Origin: an uncultured Bacillota bacterium
GTDB taxonomy: Bacteria; Bacillota_I; Bacilli_A; Erysipelotrichales; Erysipelotrichaceae
Direction of reading: 5' to 3'
Assembly (NCBI GenBank): GCA_949290085.1
Contig: CASEQH010000052.1
Location: 9,746-73,745 of the forward strand
DNA length: 64,000 nucleotides
The first letter of the stretch is position 1, and each line of letters starts with the position of its first letter. The position numbers and the translations under genes are program-made. Positions 54,971 to 64,000 of this stretch are shown here, piece after piece. Under the pieces are notes generated by a model that saw only the letters and a list, made by a program, of their open reading frames with translations, was not told the origin of the DNA and searched no databases.

Positions 54971-55606
54971 TTATTTCAATCGATTTAGATTTTCTTTGAT
55001 ATCGCCCTTAAAGACAAAGCTGCCTGCAACTATGACATCAGTTCCGATTTCTTTAAGTCTTTGAGCATTAGTATCATTAACTCCCCCATCGACTTCAATC
55101 AAGTAATGATAATTACTTTTGAGCTTTTGAAGATAACTGATTTTATCATAGGCAGAGTCCATAAACTTTTGGCCACCAAAGCCAGGCTCAACAGACATGA
55201 TTAAAATCACATCTAAATCATCTAAAAACTCATCTAAAACTCTCACATCAGTATTAGGTTTAATAGACATGCCAGCTTTTAAACCTAATTTTTTTATTTC
55301 TTTTATCAGTTTTAAACATTCTTCATCACTATTTAAAGCCTCATAGTGAAAAGTAATGCCACTAGCTCCAGCCTTATAGAATGATTCTAAATAAAAAAGT
55401 GGGTCGCTAATCATTAAATGGACATCCAAATATAAGTCGGTAGCCTTTTTAAAAGCTTTTAAAATATCAGGACCAAAACTAATATTAGGCACAAAATGAC
55501 CATCCATGACATCGAAGTGTAACCATTCAACCTCTTCATTTAAAATGGCAACCTGGGTTTCAAATTTAGAATAGTCTAGTGACAGAACTGATGGTGCAAT
55601 CAACAT
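54971..55606 (-). CDS. rpe: Ribulose-phosphate 3-epimerase
   Basis: 211 aa. IAPSVLS, HFDVMDGHFVPN, VEPGFGGQKF. Confidence 0.95.
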   Translation of the reverse strand: MLIAPSVLSLDYSKFETQVAILNEEVEWLHFDVMDGHFVPNISFGPDILKAFKKATDLYLDVHLMISDPLFYLESFYKAGASGITFHYEALNSDEECLKLIKEIKKLGLKAGMSIKPNTDVRVLDEFLDDLDVILIMSVEPGFGGQKFMDSAYDKISYLQKLKSNYHYLIEVDGGVNDTNAQRLKEIGTDVIVAGSFVFKGDIKENLNRLK

Positions 55607-55620
55607 AAAATATATCTCCT

Positions 55621-56499
55621 TTATTTCAAACGACGATGGGTATTAAAAGAATAATTACCCATTTTAATCATATTAACTATCTCGACATAAGAATCATAGA
55701 AAGTTTTGGGAATGAGATTGTCTAAAATAGCTTTCTTAACACCACAATCTGGTTCATTGATGTGCATGCAATCTCTGTAGTAACAAGTGCTATACTTATT
55801 AAAAATACTTATTTTATCTTTCAATAGATTGATGTCAATATCTCTTAAATCAATTGAAGAAAAACCTGGTGTATCAGCGACTAATCCTTCATTTAATTCA
55901 TATAATTCCACATGTCTTGTAGTATGTTTACCCCTTCCCAAAGCTTTAGAGGTGATATCTGTCTTAAGATTTAAAGATGGATCAAACTTGTTGATAATAC
56001 TAGTCTTACCAACTCCACTTTGACCGCACAGAACTGATACCTTATGTTTAAAAGATGCAAGTAGGGTCTCATCGATGCCATCTGTATAAGAAAAATAGAC
56101 ATCTAATCCAAGTTGATTATAGTACTCTTTTATATCTTTTAAGTCTTTATCATCTCCTAAATCGGCCTTGGTGATGACGATGATAGGTAATACATCAGCA
56201 TATTCAATTAAAATAACTAAACGATTGACTAATTCAAAAGAAAAATTAGGGTCTTTAAAACTCATTAAGATATAAGCTTGGTCGACATTGGCTAAAAAAG
56301 GTCGCTTTAAAACATTTTTACGCTCTAGTACATCGACAATGCCATACTTACCTTCACTATTTTCAAGTAAGACAAAATCACCCACAAAAAGACGTTGTTT
56401 CAAACGCATCTTGCCTGTGGGATATGCTTCTAAAATAGTAGAATCCTCAAGTTGAACGCTATATTGATTGGATATTATCTTAATAATTCTAGCTTTCAT
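55621..56499 (-). CDS. rsgA: Ribosome small-subunit-dependent GTPase A
   Basis: OB fold, a circularly permuted GTPase (TKADL, GQSGVGKTS, DTPGF) and the zinc knuckle C..C.H....PDC. Confidence 0.9.
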   Translation of the reverse strand: MKARIIKIISNQYSVQLEDSTILEAYPTGKMRLKQRLFVGDFVLLENSEGKYGIVDVLERKNVLKRPFLANVDQAYILMSFKDPNFSFELVNRLVILIEYADVLPIIVITKADLGDDKDLKDIKEYYNQLGLDVYFSYTDGIDETLLASFKHKVSVLCGQSGVGKTSIINKFDPSLNLKTDITSKALGRGKHTTRHVELYELNEGLVADTPGFSSIDLRDIDINLLKDKISIFNKYSTCYYRDCMHINEPDCGVKKAILDNLIPKTFYDSYVEIVNMIKMGNYSFNTHRRLK

Positions 56500-58181
56500 T
56501 GAACGTAATAATATAACTTAATAGTATTGTCATCTTCTTGTGTATAAGTTGAACCTTCGACAGGGTCTATTCTAACAACAGTCATCGGACCATATTTTTC
56601 TAATTCAGAAGCGGTTAAGTCATTAGTGCTTATCTCTATCATTTCTACCTTCATGCCCTGTGCTTCAAGATTAGCTTTTACCCCGTTGACATCTTGACCT
56701 TTTAAACCAAATTCTAAGATAAGCGATGGATATTCACTATAGTAGAGAGTAACATCATTGACGATATTAGGATTGTACTTATTGCCACTGACTAATCCTT
56801 CTTGCGATACGACAGTGCCAGGAGTCAAGTCGCTCTTTGTCGGTTTCATAGTGACATTAAAGTTTTTAGCTAAGAGTTCATTATAGGCTTCATCAACTGA
56901 CTTGCCAGTATAATTTTCCATAATTTCATAGGTGCCAGAAGATACGACTACCCTTATCTTGCTACCCTTTTCTACTTCACCTTCACTAGGCGAATACGAG
57001 ATAATCTTTCCTTCTTCGATATCATCAGTTAATACGCGCTCAATGTTATCTAAATCGATAGAGAGGCTGTAGTCACTAAGCATGTCATTAGCTTCAATTA
57101 TAGATAGATTTTTAATATCTGGAACAGTTACAAAAGAAGAAGAGTTGCCTATGACACCACTTAAAAATAATATTCCAGTGATGAGTGTAGCCACTAATAG
57201 AATACCTAAGATGATATAAAAGATTGAGGCGTTAGCCGAAGACTTCTTAGACTTCTTTTTCTTTTTGGCATCTTTGCCGCTTTCACCGCTGATAGCAACT
57301 TTAGCCTTGGATAAAAATTCTTCATCATCAACTTTATTTAAGATGATTTTTGGGTCGTTTAAGTGTTCGGGTTTTAAACAAACATTTAAGTCCTGCAACA
57401 TGAGGGCAACATTGGCATAGCGCTCATTCAAGTCTTTCGCTGTCGCCTTTAAGACGATATTCTCAACTGATTGAGGTATCTTAGAATTGTAGTCACGAAC
57501 ACTAGGAATATCATCTTTGACATGTTTGAGAGCTACCTGAATGGCAGAATCACCCTTAAATGGTAGATCTCCAGTCAGCATTTCAAAAAACACGATACCT
57601 AATGAATAGATATCACTTTGCATGCTAGCTTGACCACCCTTAGTTAGTTCTGGAGCCAAGTAATGAACGGAGCCCAGAATCGAATCCTTGGAGGTAATCT
57701 GCATCGCATCATGAGCTAGCGCAATTCCAAAGTCAGCTATTTTAATCGTGCCATCCGCTTTAATCAAAACATTTTGGGATTTGACATCACGATGGATAAT
57801 GCCATTTCGATGAGCTTCCATCAATGCACCTGATAATTGTTTCATCAGCCAGACTGCTTCTTTATATGGCAAAGCTCCTCTTTTTAAGATAAGCTCTTTA
57901 AGAGTGTAACCCTTGATATATTCCATGACTATATAGTGACGATTATCATCTTCTCCTACATCATAGATATCGACAATATTGGGATGGGATAGACAAGTTG
58001 ACGCATGAGCTTCTCTTTTAAAACGTTCAAGTGCAATTGGATCACTGGCTAATTCACCCTTGAGCACCTTGACAGCCACTTCTCGATTGAGAATAGTATC
58101 AAGGGCAAGATAGACATCAGCCATGCCTCCCTTGCCAATATTTTTAATAATCATGTATCTTTTTCCAATATATTCCGACAT
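56496..58181 (-). CDS. prkC: Ser/Thr protein kinase with three PASTA domains (PrkC/StkP type)
   Basis: GKGGMADVY, HRDVKSQN, DFG, one TM helix and three extracellular PASTA-like repeats. Confidence 0.9.
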   Translation of the reverse strand: MSEYIGKRYMIIKNIGKGGMADVYLALDTILNREVAVKVLKGELASDPIALERFKREAHASTCLSHPNIVDIYDVGEDDNRHYIVMEYIKGYTLKELILKRGALPYKEAVWLMKQLSGALMEAHRNGIIHRDVKSQNVLIKADGTIKIADFGIALAHDAMQITSKDSILGSVHYLAPELTKGGQASMQSDIYSLGIVFFEMLTGDLPFKGDSAIQVALKHVKDDIPSVRDYNSKIPQSVENIVLKATAKDLNERYANVALMLQDLNVCLKPEHLNDPKIILNKVDDEEFLSKAKVAISGESGKDAKKKKKSKKSSANASIFYIILGILLVATLITGILFLSGVIGNSSSFVTVPDIKNLSIIEANDMLSDYSLSIDLDNIERVLTDDIEEGKIISYSPSEGEVEKGSKIRVVVSSGTYEIMENYTGKSVDEAYNELLAKNFNVTMKPTKSDLTPGTVVSQEGLVSGNKYNPNIVNDVTLYYSEYPSLILEFGLKGQDVNGVKANLEAQGMKVEMIEISTNDLTASELEKYGPMTVVRIDPVEGSTYTQEDDNTIKLYYYVQ

Positions 58182-58183
58182 AA

Positions 58184-58906
58184 TTACCTCTTAACTAAAA
58201 CTAAAGTTATATTGTCATAGCCACCGTTCATCAGGGCTTTTTGCATAAGTTCTTTACATTTCTGTAAGATATTTAAATCATCAATCACGATTTTTAAGAT
58301 ATCCTCTTCACTGACATAACCGTGTAGGCCATCACTGCAAACTAAATAGTAATCCATAGGTGGCACTTTAAAAATATCGCCACTCACTTCTTCCCATATG
58401 CCAACTGCCTTCATCAAATAATGCCTTTTAGGATGATTCAAACTCTCTTCATAAGATATTTCACCATTCTTTAAAAGTTCATTAACTAAGGTATGGTCTT
58501 CTGTCAGCCTAAATATCTTATGATTTTTAAAGCCATAGACTCGACTATCGCCAATATTTATGCAATATGAACCCTGCGAGCTAATAAGTAAGCCAGTAGC
58601 AGTGGTGCCCATACCTCGATATTGATAATATGAATTAGAAAGTTTATAGATATGCTCATTGATGCCCTTTAATAAATTGCGTAAATACTTCTTGACACTT
58701 TCATCATCGGTAAATGGGCCGCTGTTATTAAATGATTCTAAGGCATACTTAATCGCTTCTCCAGAAGCTACTTCTCCAGCTTTGTTGCCACCAATGCCAT
58801 CACAGACAAGCGCAAAAAAATCATTGTAGTCATTATATACAGTCATATAACTATCTTGATTTTTCTCTCTTACGAGTCCTATGTCGGTCAAACTAAAGAA
58901 ATCCAT
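58184..58906 (-). CDS. prpC: PP2C-family Ser/Thr phosphatase (PrpC/Stp)
   Basis: REKNQDS, CDGIGG, GMGTT, CSDGL, DNIT. Confidence 0.9.
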   Translation of the reverse strand: MDFFSLTDIGLVREKNQDSYMTVYNDYNDFFALVCDGIGGNKAGEVASGEAIKYALESFNNSGPFTDDESVKKYLRNLLKGINEHIYKLSNSYYQYRGMGTTATGLLISSQGSYCINIGDSRVYGFKNHKIFRLTEDHTLVNELLKNGEISYEESLNHPKRHYLMKAVGIWEEVSGDIFKVPPMDYYLVCSDGLHGYVSEEDILKIVIDDLNILQKCKELMQKALMNGGYDNITLVLVKR

Positions 58907-58908
58907 AA

Positions 58909-59946
58909 CTATCCCTTATTATAATTAGCTCTTAATTGTCCACAAGCAGCGTCGATATCATCGCCTTTTTTCTGACGTAAAGTAACAGCTACTCCCCTTT
59001 TTTTCAGCATATCATAAAAATTTAAAGTCGCTCTTTCACCTGACGAGCTATAATCCTTTTCTTTGACAGTATTATAAGGTATCAAATTGATATAAGCATT
59101 TAAACCGTGGAGAAGTTCTTTTAACTCATCAGCATTCTTCGTTTGGTCATTAACATCATTAAGTAATAGATATTCAAATGTGATGCGACGATTGTTCTTT
59201 TCACTATAGTATTTAATTGCAGCAAATAATTCTTTAAGACTATATGCCTTAGCCACGGGCATTAACTCTTTACGCAATTCATCATTAGAAGCATGCAAGG
59301 AAATCGCTAAGTTATATTGAACTCCCTCATCAGCGAAACGATAAATCATCGGTACTAAACCACAAGTAGAAATAGAGATGTGACGAGCACCTATTTCAAG
59401 AGCAAATGGATGATTGATAATAGCCAAAGCCTTCATGACATTATCATAATTATCAAAAGGTTCACCAGTACCCATCAAGACTAAATTGCCTAGTCTTTCA
59501 CCCTTTTCGTCTAAATATATCTGTATCTGTAAGACTTGCAGAACTATCTCGCCGACGCTTAAATTTCTCTGTTTCTTCAAAAGCCCACTAGCACAAAAAC
59601 TACAACCCATGTTGCAACCAACCTGAGTGGATAGACAAGCACTATTACCATAATCAAAAACCATCAAGACACTCTCGATTAAGGCGCCATCTTCTAGCTT
59701 AAATAGATATTTTGTCGTACCATCCGAAGATACTTGCTTAGTGACCAGTTCTAAACTTGGAATTATAAAATCTTCTTCTAGCTTCTCTCTTAATTTAATG
59801 GGCAAATCACTCATCAAATCAAAAGATTTAACTCTTTTTTCATATAGCCACTTAAATATCTGTTTGCCATGAAAGGCTTTAATGCCATTTTTTTCTAGAT
59901 ATTCTTTTAAATCATCGAAATTTAAATCATATACCACTTGTTTCAT
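58909..59946 (-). CDS. rlmN: 23S rRNA/tRNA (adenine-C2)-methyltransferase RlmN
   Basis: Radical-SAM CNMGCSFC, GTGEP and a C-terminal ACGQL. Confidence 0.95.
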   Translation of the reverse strand: MKQVVYDLNFDDLKEYLEKNGIKAFHGKQIFKWLYEKRVKSFDLMSDLPIKLREKLEEDFIIPSLELVTKQVSSDGTTKYLFKLEDGALIESVLMVFDYGNSACLSTQVGCNMGCSFCASGLLKKQRNLSVGEIVLQVLQIQIYLDEKGERLGNLVLMGTGEPFDNYDNVMKALAIINHPFALEIGARHISISTCGLVPMIYRFADEGVQYNLAISLHASNDELRKELMPVAKAYSLKELFAAIKYYSEKNNRRITFEYLLLNDVNDQTKNADELKELLHGLNAYINLIPYNTVKEKDYSSSGERATLNFYDMLKKRGVAVTLRQKKGDDIDAACGQLRANYNKG

Positions 59947-59958
59947 TCTTTAATTATA

Positions 59959-61167
59959 CTAAGATTTAGCGAGTTTAGCGACATAAAATGCATCACCACC
60001 ATCTTCATCAATAAAGGTCTTCTCTTCTAAGAGACTAAATTCTTCATGTCTATTTAAAAACTTGAGTATTTGTTTAGAGTTCTCTTTTTTATTGATGGTG
60101 CAAGTAGAGTAAACCATAATACCACCCTCATTTAGAAGTATAGAGGAAGATTCCAAAAGTTCTGCTTGCAGTTTTTCTAAGTCATCTAAATCTTCACTTT
60201 TGATATGATAGCGAAGATCAGGCTTGCGCTTTAAGATGCCTAGTCCTGAGCATGGTGCATCTAGCAGTATCCTATCAAACTTTTTATCCATTAATTTAGC
60301 TAAGTATCGACCATCATAGTTAAAATAATTGATATCTTCAAAAGCTAACTTATCAGCCATCTTTTTAATAAGTTCAACCCTATGGGCATATAAATCATTG
60401 GCGTAGGCATTATTAGCTTCAATGATATCTAGACAATTAAATAGCTTTCCCCCTGGAGCGCTACAGATATCTAATAAGGTATTGTCTTTATTTAAGTCTA
60501 AATAATGATATAACTTAGCGCTATTGACATCTTGTACATAGAAATAACCATTTTTAAATTCATTCGTATTGATAAGATTTTGTTTACAACTAAAGCTATC
60601 ATCGTTGATGATATCGATATCATATTTATTTAAATCGTGGTAGTTAGCCTTCTTTTTATTGAGGCGATAAAAGACCTGAGGAATAGTATTAAAACTCTTT
60701 AATAGACGATATAACTCATCATCGCTATATTGTGACTTAATCAATTTAACTATCCATAGAGGGATGGAGTAGTGAATAGATAAGCTCTCTACGTCTTTAT
60801 CATCAAAGGAATGGTAAGCTTCTAACTTATGTAAAATAGCTGAGATAAAAGCCTTCTCACCATTTTTATTAACTAGTTTTGGATATTCATTATAGATGAC
60901 ATAATCTTTTTGTTGCATATAAAATCGCTCATAGATTGCCATAGCTAAGATGATTTTGAGCTTATCGGATATCTTTCCTTCAATCTTTAATTGTTTCAAC
61001 AATTCAAAATAATGGCGCAATACACCATTGACTAACTCAGTCACAAAGGCCCTTTGTACTGAAGGCAATTCATTTAGGCGCTTACGCATGTCTAAGTTGG
61101 CATATTGTCCTTTAAAAAGACATTCATATAAGATAGAAAATGCTAATAATCTCTGATTCATAATCAC
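59959..61167 (-). CDS. rsmB: 16S rRNA (cytosine967-C5)-methyltransferase RsmB (Sun)
   Basis: NusB-like N-terminus, DICSAPGGK, DAPCSG and YSTCT. Confidence 0.85.
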   Translation of the reverse strand: MIMNQRLLAFSILYECLFKGQYANLDMRKRLNELPSVQRAFVTELVNGVLRHYFELLKQLKIEGKISDKLKIILAMAIYERFYMQQKDYVIYNEYPKLVNKNGEKAFISAILHKLEAYHSFDDKDVESLSIHYSIPLWIVKLIKSQYSDDELYRLLKSFNTIPQVFYRLNKKKANYHDLNKYDIDIINDDSFSCKQNLINTNEFKNGYFYVQDVNSAKLYHYLDLNKDNTLLDICSAPGGKLFNCLDIIEANNAYANDLYAHRVELIKKMADKLAFEDINYFNYDGRYLAKLMDKKFDRILLDAPCSGLGILKRKPDLRYHIKSEDLDDLEKLQAELLESSSILLNEGGIMVYSTCTINKKENSKQILKFLNRHEEFSLLEEKTFIDEDGGDAFYVAKLAKS

Positions 61168-63326
61168 TCCAAATAAGTGGGATTAATATCCACTTTAATA
61201 TTAGAAACATTCTTTTTATTTAAATATTCATTAATTAATCCCGTCAAATATCTAAGGACGGCTATCAAATCGGCATCCATAACTAATATTCTAAGACGAT
61301 GAATTCTATTAAGCTTATTGATAGAGGTCAAAGGATACTTGCGATAAGGACAAGCATCAATTAGTTCATTAAATATATCTTTACTTTTATTTAAACGCTC
61401 TAAAGATGTATCGCTGAGATAGATGGCTATAATGTGCGAATATGGCGGATAATGACCCCTATGACGATAATTCATCTCAATATTGTAGAAGTAGTTGTAG
61501 TCTTGTTTCAAAACAGCTTTTAAGACATAGTGTTCAACATTAAAAGCTTGAATTAATACTTTCCCATCTATTTCACTACGTCCACTACGACCTGATGCCT
61601 GCATCAGTAAATCAAATGTCAATTTAGCGGCATTATAGTCTTGGTGCATCAAACCGGCATCGGCATTTAAGATACCAACTAGTTCCACTAGCGGAAAATC
61701 CAATCCCTTAGCTATCATTTGCGTGCCGATTAAGATATCTATTTCATGTCTTTCAAAACGATTTAAGATATCTTCATGGGCTCCCTTAGTATTAGTATTA
61801 TCTCTATCCATGCGTTCAATTCTAGCTTCCGGGAATAATTGTTTTAGGGATTCATATACCTTCTTTGTACCAAAACCATAGTAGACAAGATTATGGCTGT
61901 GACAATTTGGGCAATAGTCAATAAGTTTATATACCCGACCACATTGATGGCACTTTAGAACATGTTCATCATTATGATAACTCAAAGGTATATCACAATC
62001 CTTACACATGAGTGTTTCGTTGCAATCAGCACATTTGATAATAGGTGAATATCCTCGCCTATTTAAGAGGATGATGACCTGATGCTTGCGCTCTAAGACG
62101 TTTGCGATTGCTTTTTTTAACTCTTCAGAGATAATATATGACTTACTTCTTTTGATATCTTTAGTCATATCAATAACAGATATTTTCGGCAAAGAATGAT
62201 TGATGCGATTTTTGAGTTGCAACAAATCATAATCACCCTTTAGGGCATGAGAGTAACTTTGTAAAGATGGTGTCGCACTAGCCAACAATATCTTGGCATT
62301 AAATAGCATGCCAAGCTTAAAAGCGACATTCCTGGCATCATATAATGGCGTCGAATCTTGCTTATAGGATGTATCATGTTCCTCATCAATAATGATTAAG
62401 CCAAGGTTATTGAAAGGCAAGAAGATACTAGACCTCGTGCCAACTACTATCTTAGCTTCGGCATTTTTAACGCGCTTATACTGTTCGTAACGTTCATTAT
62501 CATTTAAGCCCGAATGATAGAAGATGACATCTAAGAATCGCTCTTTAACCCTTCTTATCATCTGAGGAGTTAAAGATATCTCGGGAACTAATATCAGTAC
62601 TTCTTTATTTAATGATAAGTAATAGCGTGCTAAATGGAGATACACCTCTGTCTTGCCAGAACCAGTTACTCCAAAGAGTAAAGAGACAAGCTTATCACTT
62701 TTAATAAAGTCATCATAGGCCTTCTTCTGTTCTATGGTCAATTCTTTAAAAGAAGATGGATTAGTTGGCTTTTCATTAACATATCGACTCTCACGAACTT
62801 CTTCCCTAAATAATTTTAAATCTATCAGTTTAGCAATAATATGCCTTGATATCTTATTAGCTTCACTTTTTAATATCTCATCAGGCAAAGAGTCATATAC
62901 TTCTTTTTGTCTAGTAGTCAAACTGATATTATAATTTTCTTCTTTAATCAAATAAACTTCTCTTTTAGAACTAGCAATCTCTTTAGATGTCTTTAAATTC
63001 TTAGGAAGCATCACATTTAGACAAGAGATGAGTGGTGAGATAGTCGTTCTGGCAATCCACTGGGCCAAATCATATTGCCACTCATAAAGGATAGGACTAG
63101 AATCGATAACATCAATAATCTCATTAGGAATAAAACCTAATTCAGCGCTTAGTTCATCTAATGACTTATCGACATTTTGATAATTGACGACAATAGCGCT
63201 AGTCAATTGGCCATTAAATCTAACGCGTACACGACAGAACTTGTCGACAAATTCAAAACTGCAATAAGTAAAAGGCTTATTGACTTTTAAACTAGCATTG
63301 GTCACATAAACTTCTAGTAAGTACAT
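61164..63326 (-). CDS. priA: Primosomal protein N' (replication restart helicase PriA)
   Basis: GVTGSGKTEVY, DEEHD and the Cys-rich zinc region CxxC...CxxC...CPxC. Confidence 0.95.
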   Translation of the reverse strand: MYLLEVYVTNASLKVNKPFTYCSFEFVDKFCRVRVRFNGQLTSAIVVNYQNVDKSLDELSAELGFIPNEIIDVIDSSPILYEWQYDLAQWIARTTISPLISCLNVMLPKNLKTSKEIASSKREVYLIKEENYNISLTTRQKEVYDSLPDEILKSEANKISRHIIAKLIDLKLFREEVRESRYVNEKPTNPSSFKELTIEQKKAYDDFIKSDKLVSLLFGVTGSGKTEVYLHLARYYLSLNKEVLILVPEISLTPQMIRRVKERFLDVIFYHSGLNDNERYEQYKRVKNAEAKIVVGTRSSIFLPFNNLGLIIIDEEHDTSYKQDSTPLYDARNVAFKLGMLFNAKILLASATPSLQSYSHALKGDYDLLQLKNRINHSLPKISVIDMTKDIKRSKSYIISEELKKAIANVLERKHQVIILLNRRGYSPIIKCADCNETLMCKDCDIPLSYHNDEHVLKCHQCGRVYKLIDYCPNCHSHNLVYYGFGTKKVYESLKQLFPEARIERMDRDNTNTKGAHEDILNRFERHEIDILIGTQMIAKGLDFPLVELVGILNADAGLMHQDYNAAKLTFDLLMQASGRSGRSEIDGKVLIQAFNVEHYVLKAVLKQDYNYFYNIEMNYRHRGHYPPYSHIIAIYLSDTSLERLNKSKDIFNELIDACPYRKYPLTSINKLNRIHRLRILVMDADLIAVLRYLTGLINEYLNKKNVSNIKVDINPTYLE

Positions 63327-63332
63327 AACAAT

Positions 63333-63338
63333 ATTATA
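63333..63338 (-). promoter_or_regulatory. TATAAT box exactly 6 nt upstream of the priA ATG (candidate leaderless promoter)
   Basis: The minus strand reads CGTTTATAATATTGTT-ATG. There is no SD. It lies immediately after the sufB terminator. Confidence 0.45.
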
Positions 63339-63349
63339 AACGATAGTTC

Positions 63350-63382
63350 ATAAAATAAAAATGTGGCAATTATTGCCACATT
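63350..63382 (-). terminator. Terminator after sufB
   Basis: Perfect palindrome ATGTGGCAAT-T-ATTGCCACAT (63361-63381). On the minus strand it is followed by TTTTATTTTAT. Confidence 0.75.
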
Positions 63383-64000
63383 AACCGATAGAACCTTCCA
63401 TATTAATCTTTAATAGTTGATTTAATTCTACCGCATATTCCATTGGTAATTCTTTAGTAAAAGGTTCAATAAAACCCAAGACTATCATCTGTGATGCCTC
63501 GTCTTTCGAAAGACCACGCGACATCAAATAGAATAGTTGTTCCTCAGAAATCTTAGATACCGTGGCTTCGTGTTCAATTGTCGACGTGTCATTCAACATG
63601 ATATTGCTTGGTATTGTATCACTCGATGATATATCATCGAGAATTAAAGTATCGCATTCAACCTTAGCCTTTGAGAAATCAGCATTTTTGCCCATCGATA
63701 CAAGACCGCGATAATTTACTTTACCGCCAAGTCTAGATAGCGATTTAGAAATGATGGTACTTGAAGTATGAGGGGCTAGATGTATCATTTTAGCTCCAGC
63801 ATCTTGATATTGTTGCTTAGTAGCGACTGCTACTGATATACATACGCCCTTGGCATATGGACCAGCTAATATACAAGCGGGATATTTCATATTTAGATGA
63901 GAGCCGATATTGCCATCAATCCATTCCATGACCCCATTTTCTTCTACATATGCACGCTTAGTAACGAGGTTTATAATATTACTAGACCAGTTTTGAATGG
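63381..64000 (-). CDS. sufB: Fe-S cluster assembly protein SufB (C-terminal part; 5' end beyond window)
   Basis: The frame is open to the window end (...[30 protein letters not shown]...). It ends with the typical ...[22 protein letters not shown]. Confidence 0.9.
   Translation of the reverse strand, partial: IQNWSSNIINLVTKRAYVEENGVMEWIDGNIGSHLNMKYPACILAGPYAKGVCISVAVATKQQYQDAGAKMIHLAPHTSSTIISKSLSRLGGKVNYRGLVSMGKNADFSKAKVECDTLILDDISSSDTIPSNIMLNDTSTIEHEATVSKISEEQLFYLMSRGLSKDEASQMIVLGFIEPFTKELPMEYAVELNQLLKINMEGSIG

Overview
This is a 64-kb chromosomal window from an AT-rich (roughly 30% GC by eye) Gram-positive bacterium in the Bacillota. It uses the standard genetic code. Gene order is Bacillus-like but very compact, with many 4-40 nt gene overlaps. 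An Erysipelotrichia or Mollicutes-related lineage is only my guess. I count 60 protein-coding genes, 2 tRNAs (Arg-TCT, Glu-CTC), one decayed IS element, no rRNA and no CRISPR. Two genes are cut by the window edges: smc on the left and sufB on the right. Most content is core housekeeping, in these blocks: smc-ftsY-ylxM-ackA-nrnA-hup; nusB-xseAB-ispA-dxs-recN-xerD-deoB; Ktr/Trk K+ uptake-TSCPD-heterodimeric ABC exporter-lspA-rluD-rhomboid-GT4; gltX; infC-rpmI-rplT; rdgB-Lit-like-trmL-vanY-murI-yfcE; rsmE-mtaB-murE-like-deoC-rpsU-phoH; ftsA-ftsZ; priA-rsmB-rlmN-prpC-prkC-rsgA-rpe; rpmB; sufB. The one clear accessory block is a four-gene sortase-dependent pilus locus (28983-38398, minus strand) next to tRNA-Glu. 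All three of its substrates carry proline-less sorting signals (ALHTGGEGW, TIATGGEGW, IVNTGV). Its 1900-aa adhesin starts with an ALK/LTK-type glycine-rich domain, followed by MucBP and DUF11-type repeats with a large nested insert. Other points worth a second look: (1) a full-length MurE homologue in which essentially every Mur-ligase catalytic motif is degenerate; (2) a recurrent TATAAT-N6-ATG arrangement without a Shine-Dalgarno at operon-leading genes, suggesting leaderless mRNAs; (3) a frameshifted lipoprotein gene; (4) a 545-bp internally deleted IS3-family element that keeps both inverted repeats; (5) an asymmetric ABC exporter pair with one degenerate ATP site. All calls come from reading the ORF translations and the DNA by eye. 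No database search was run.
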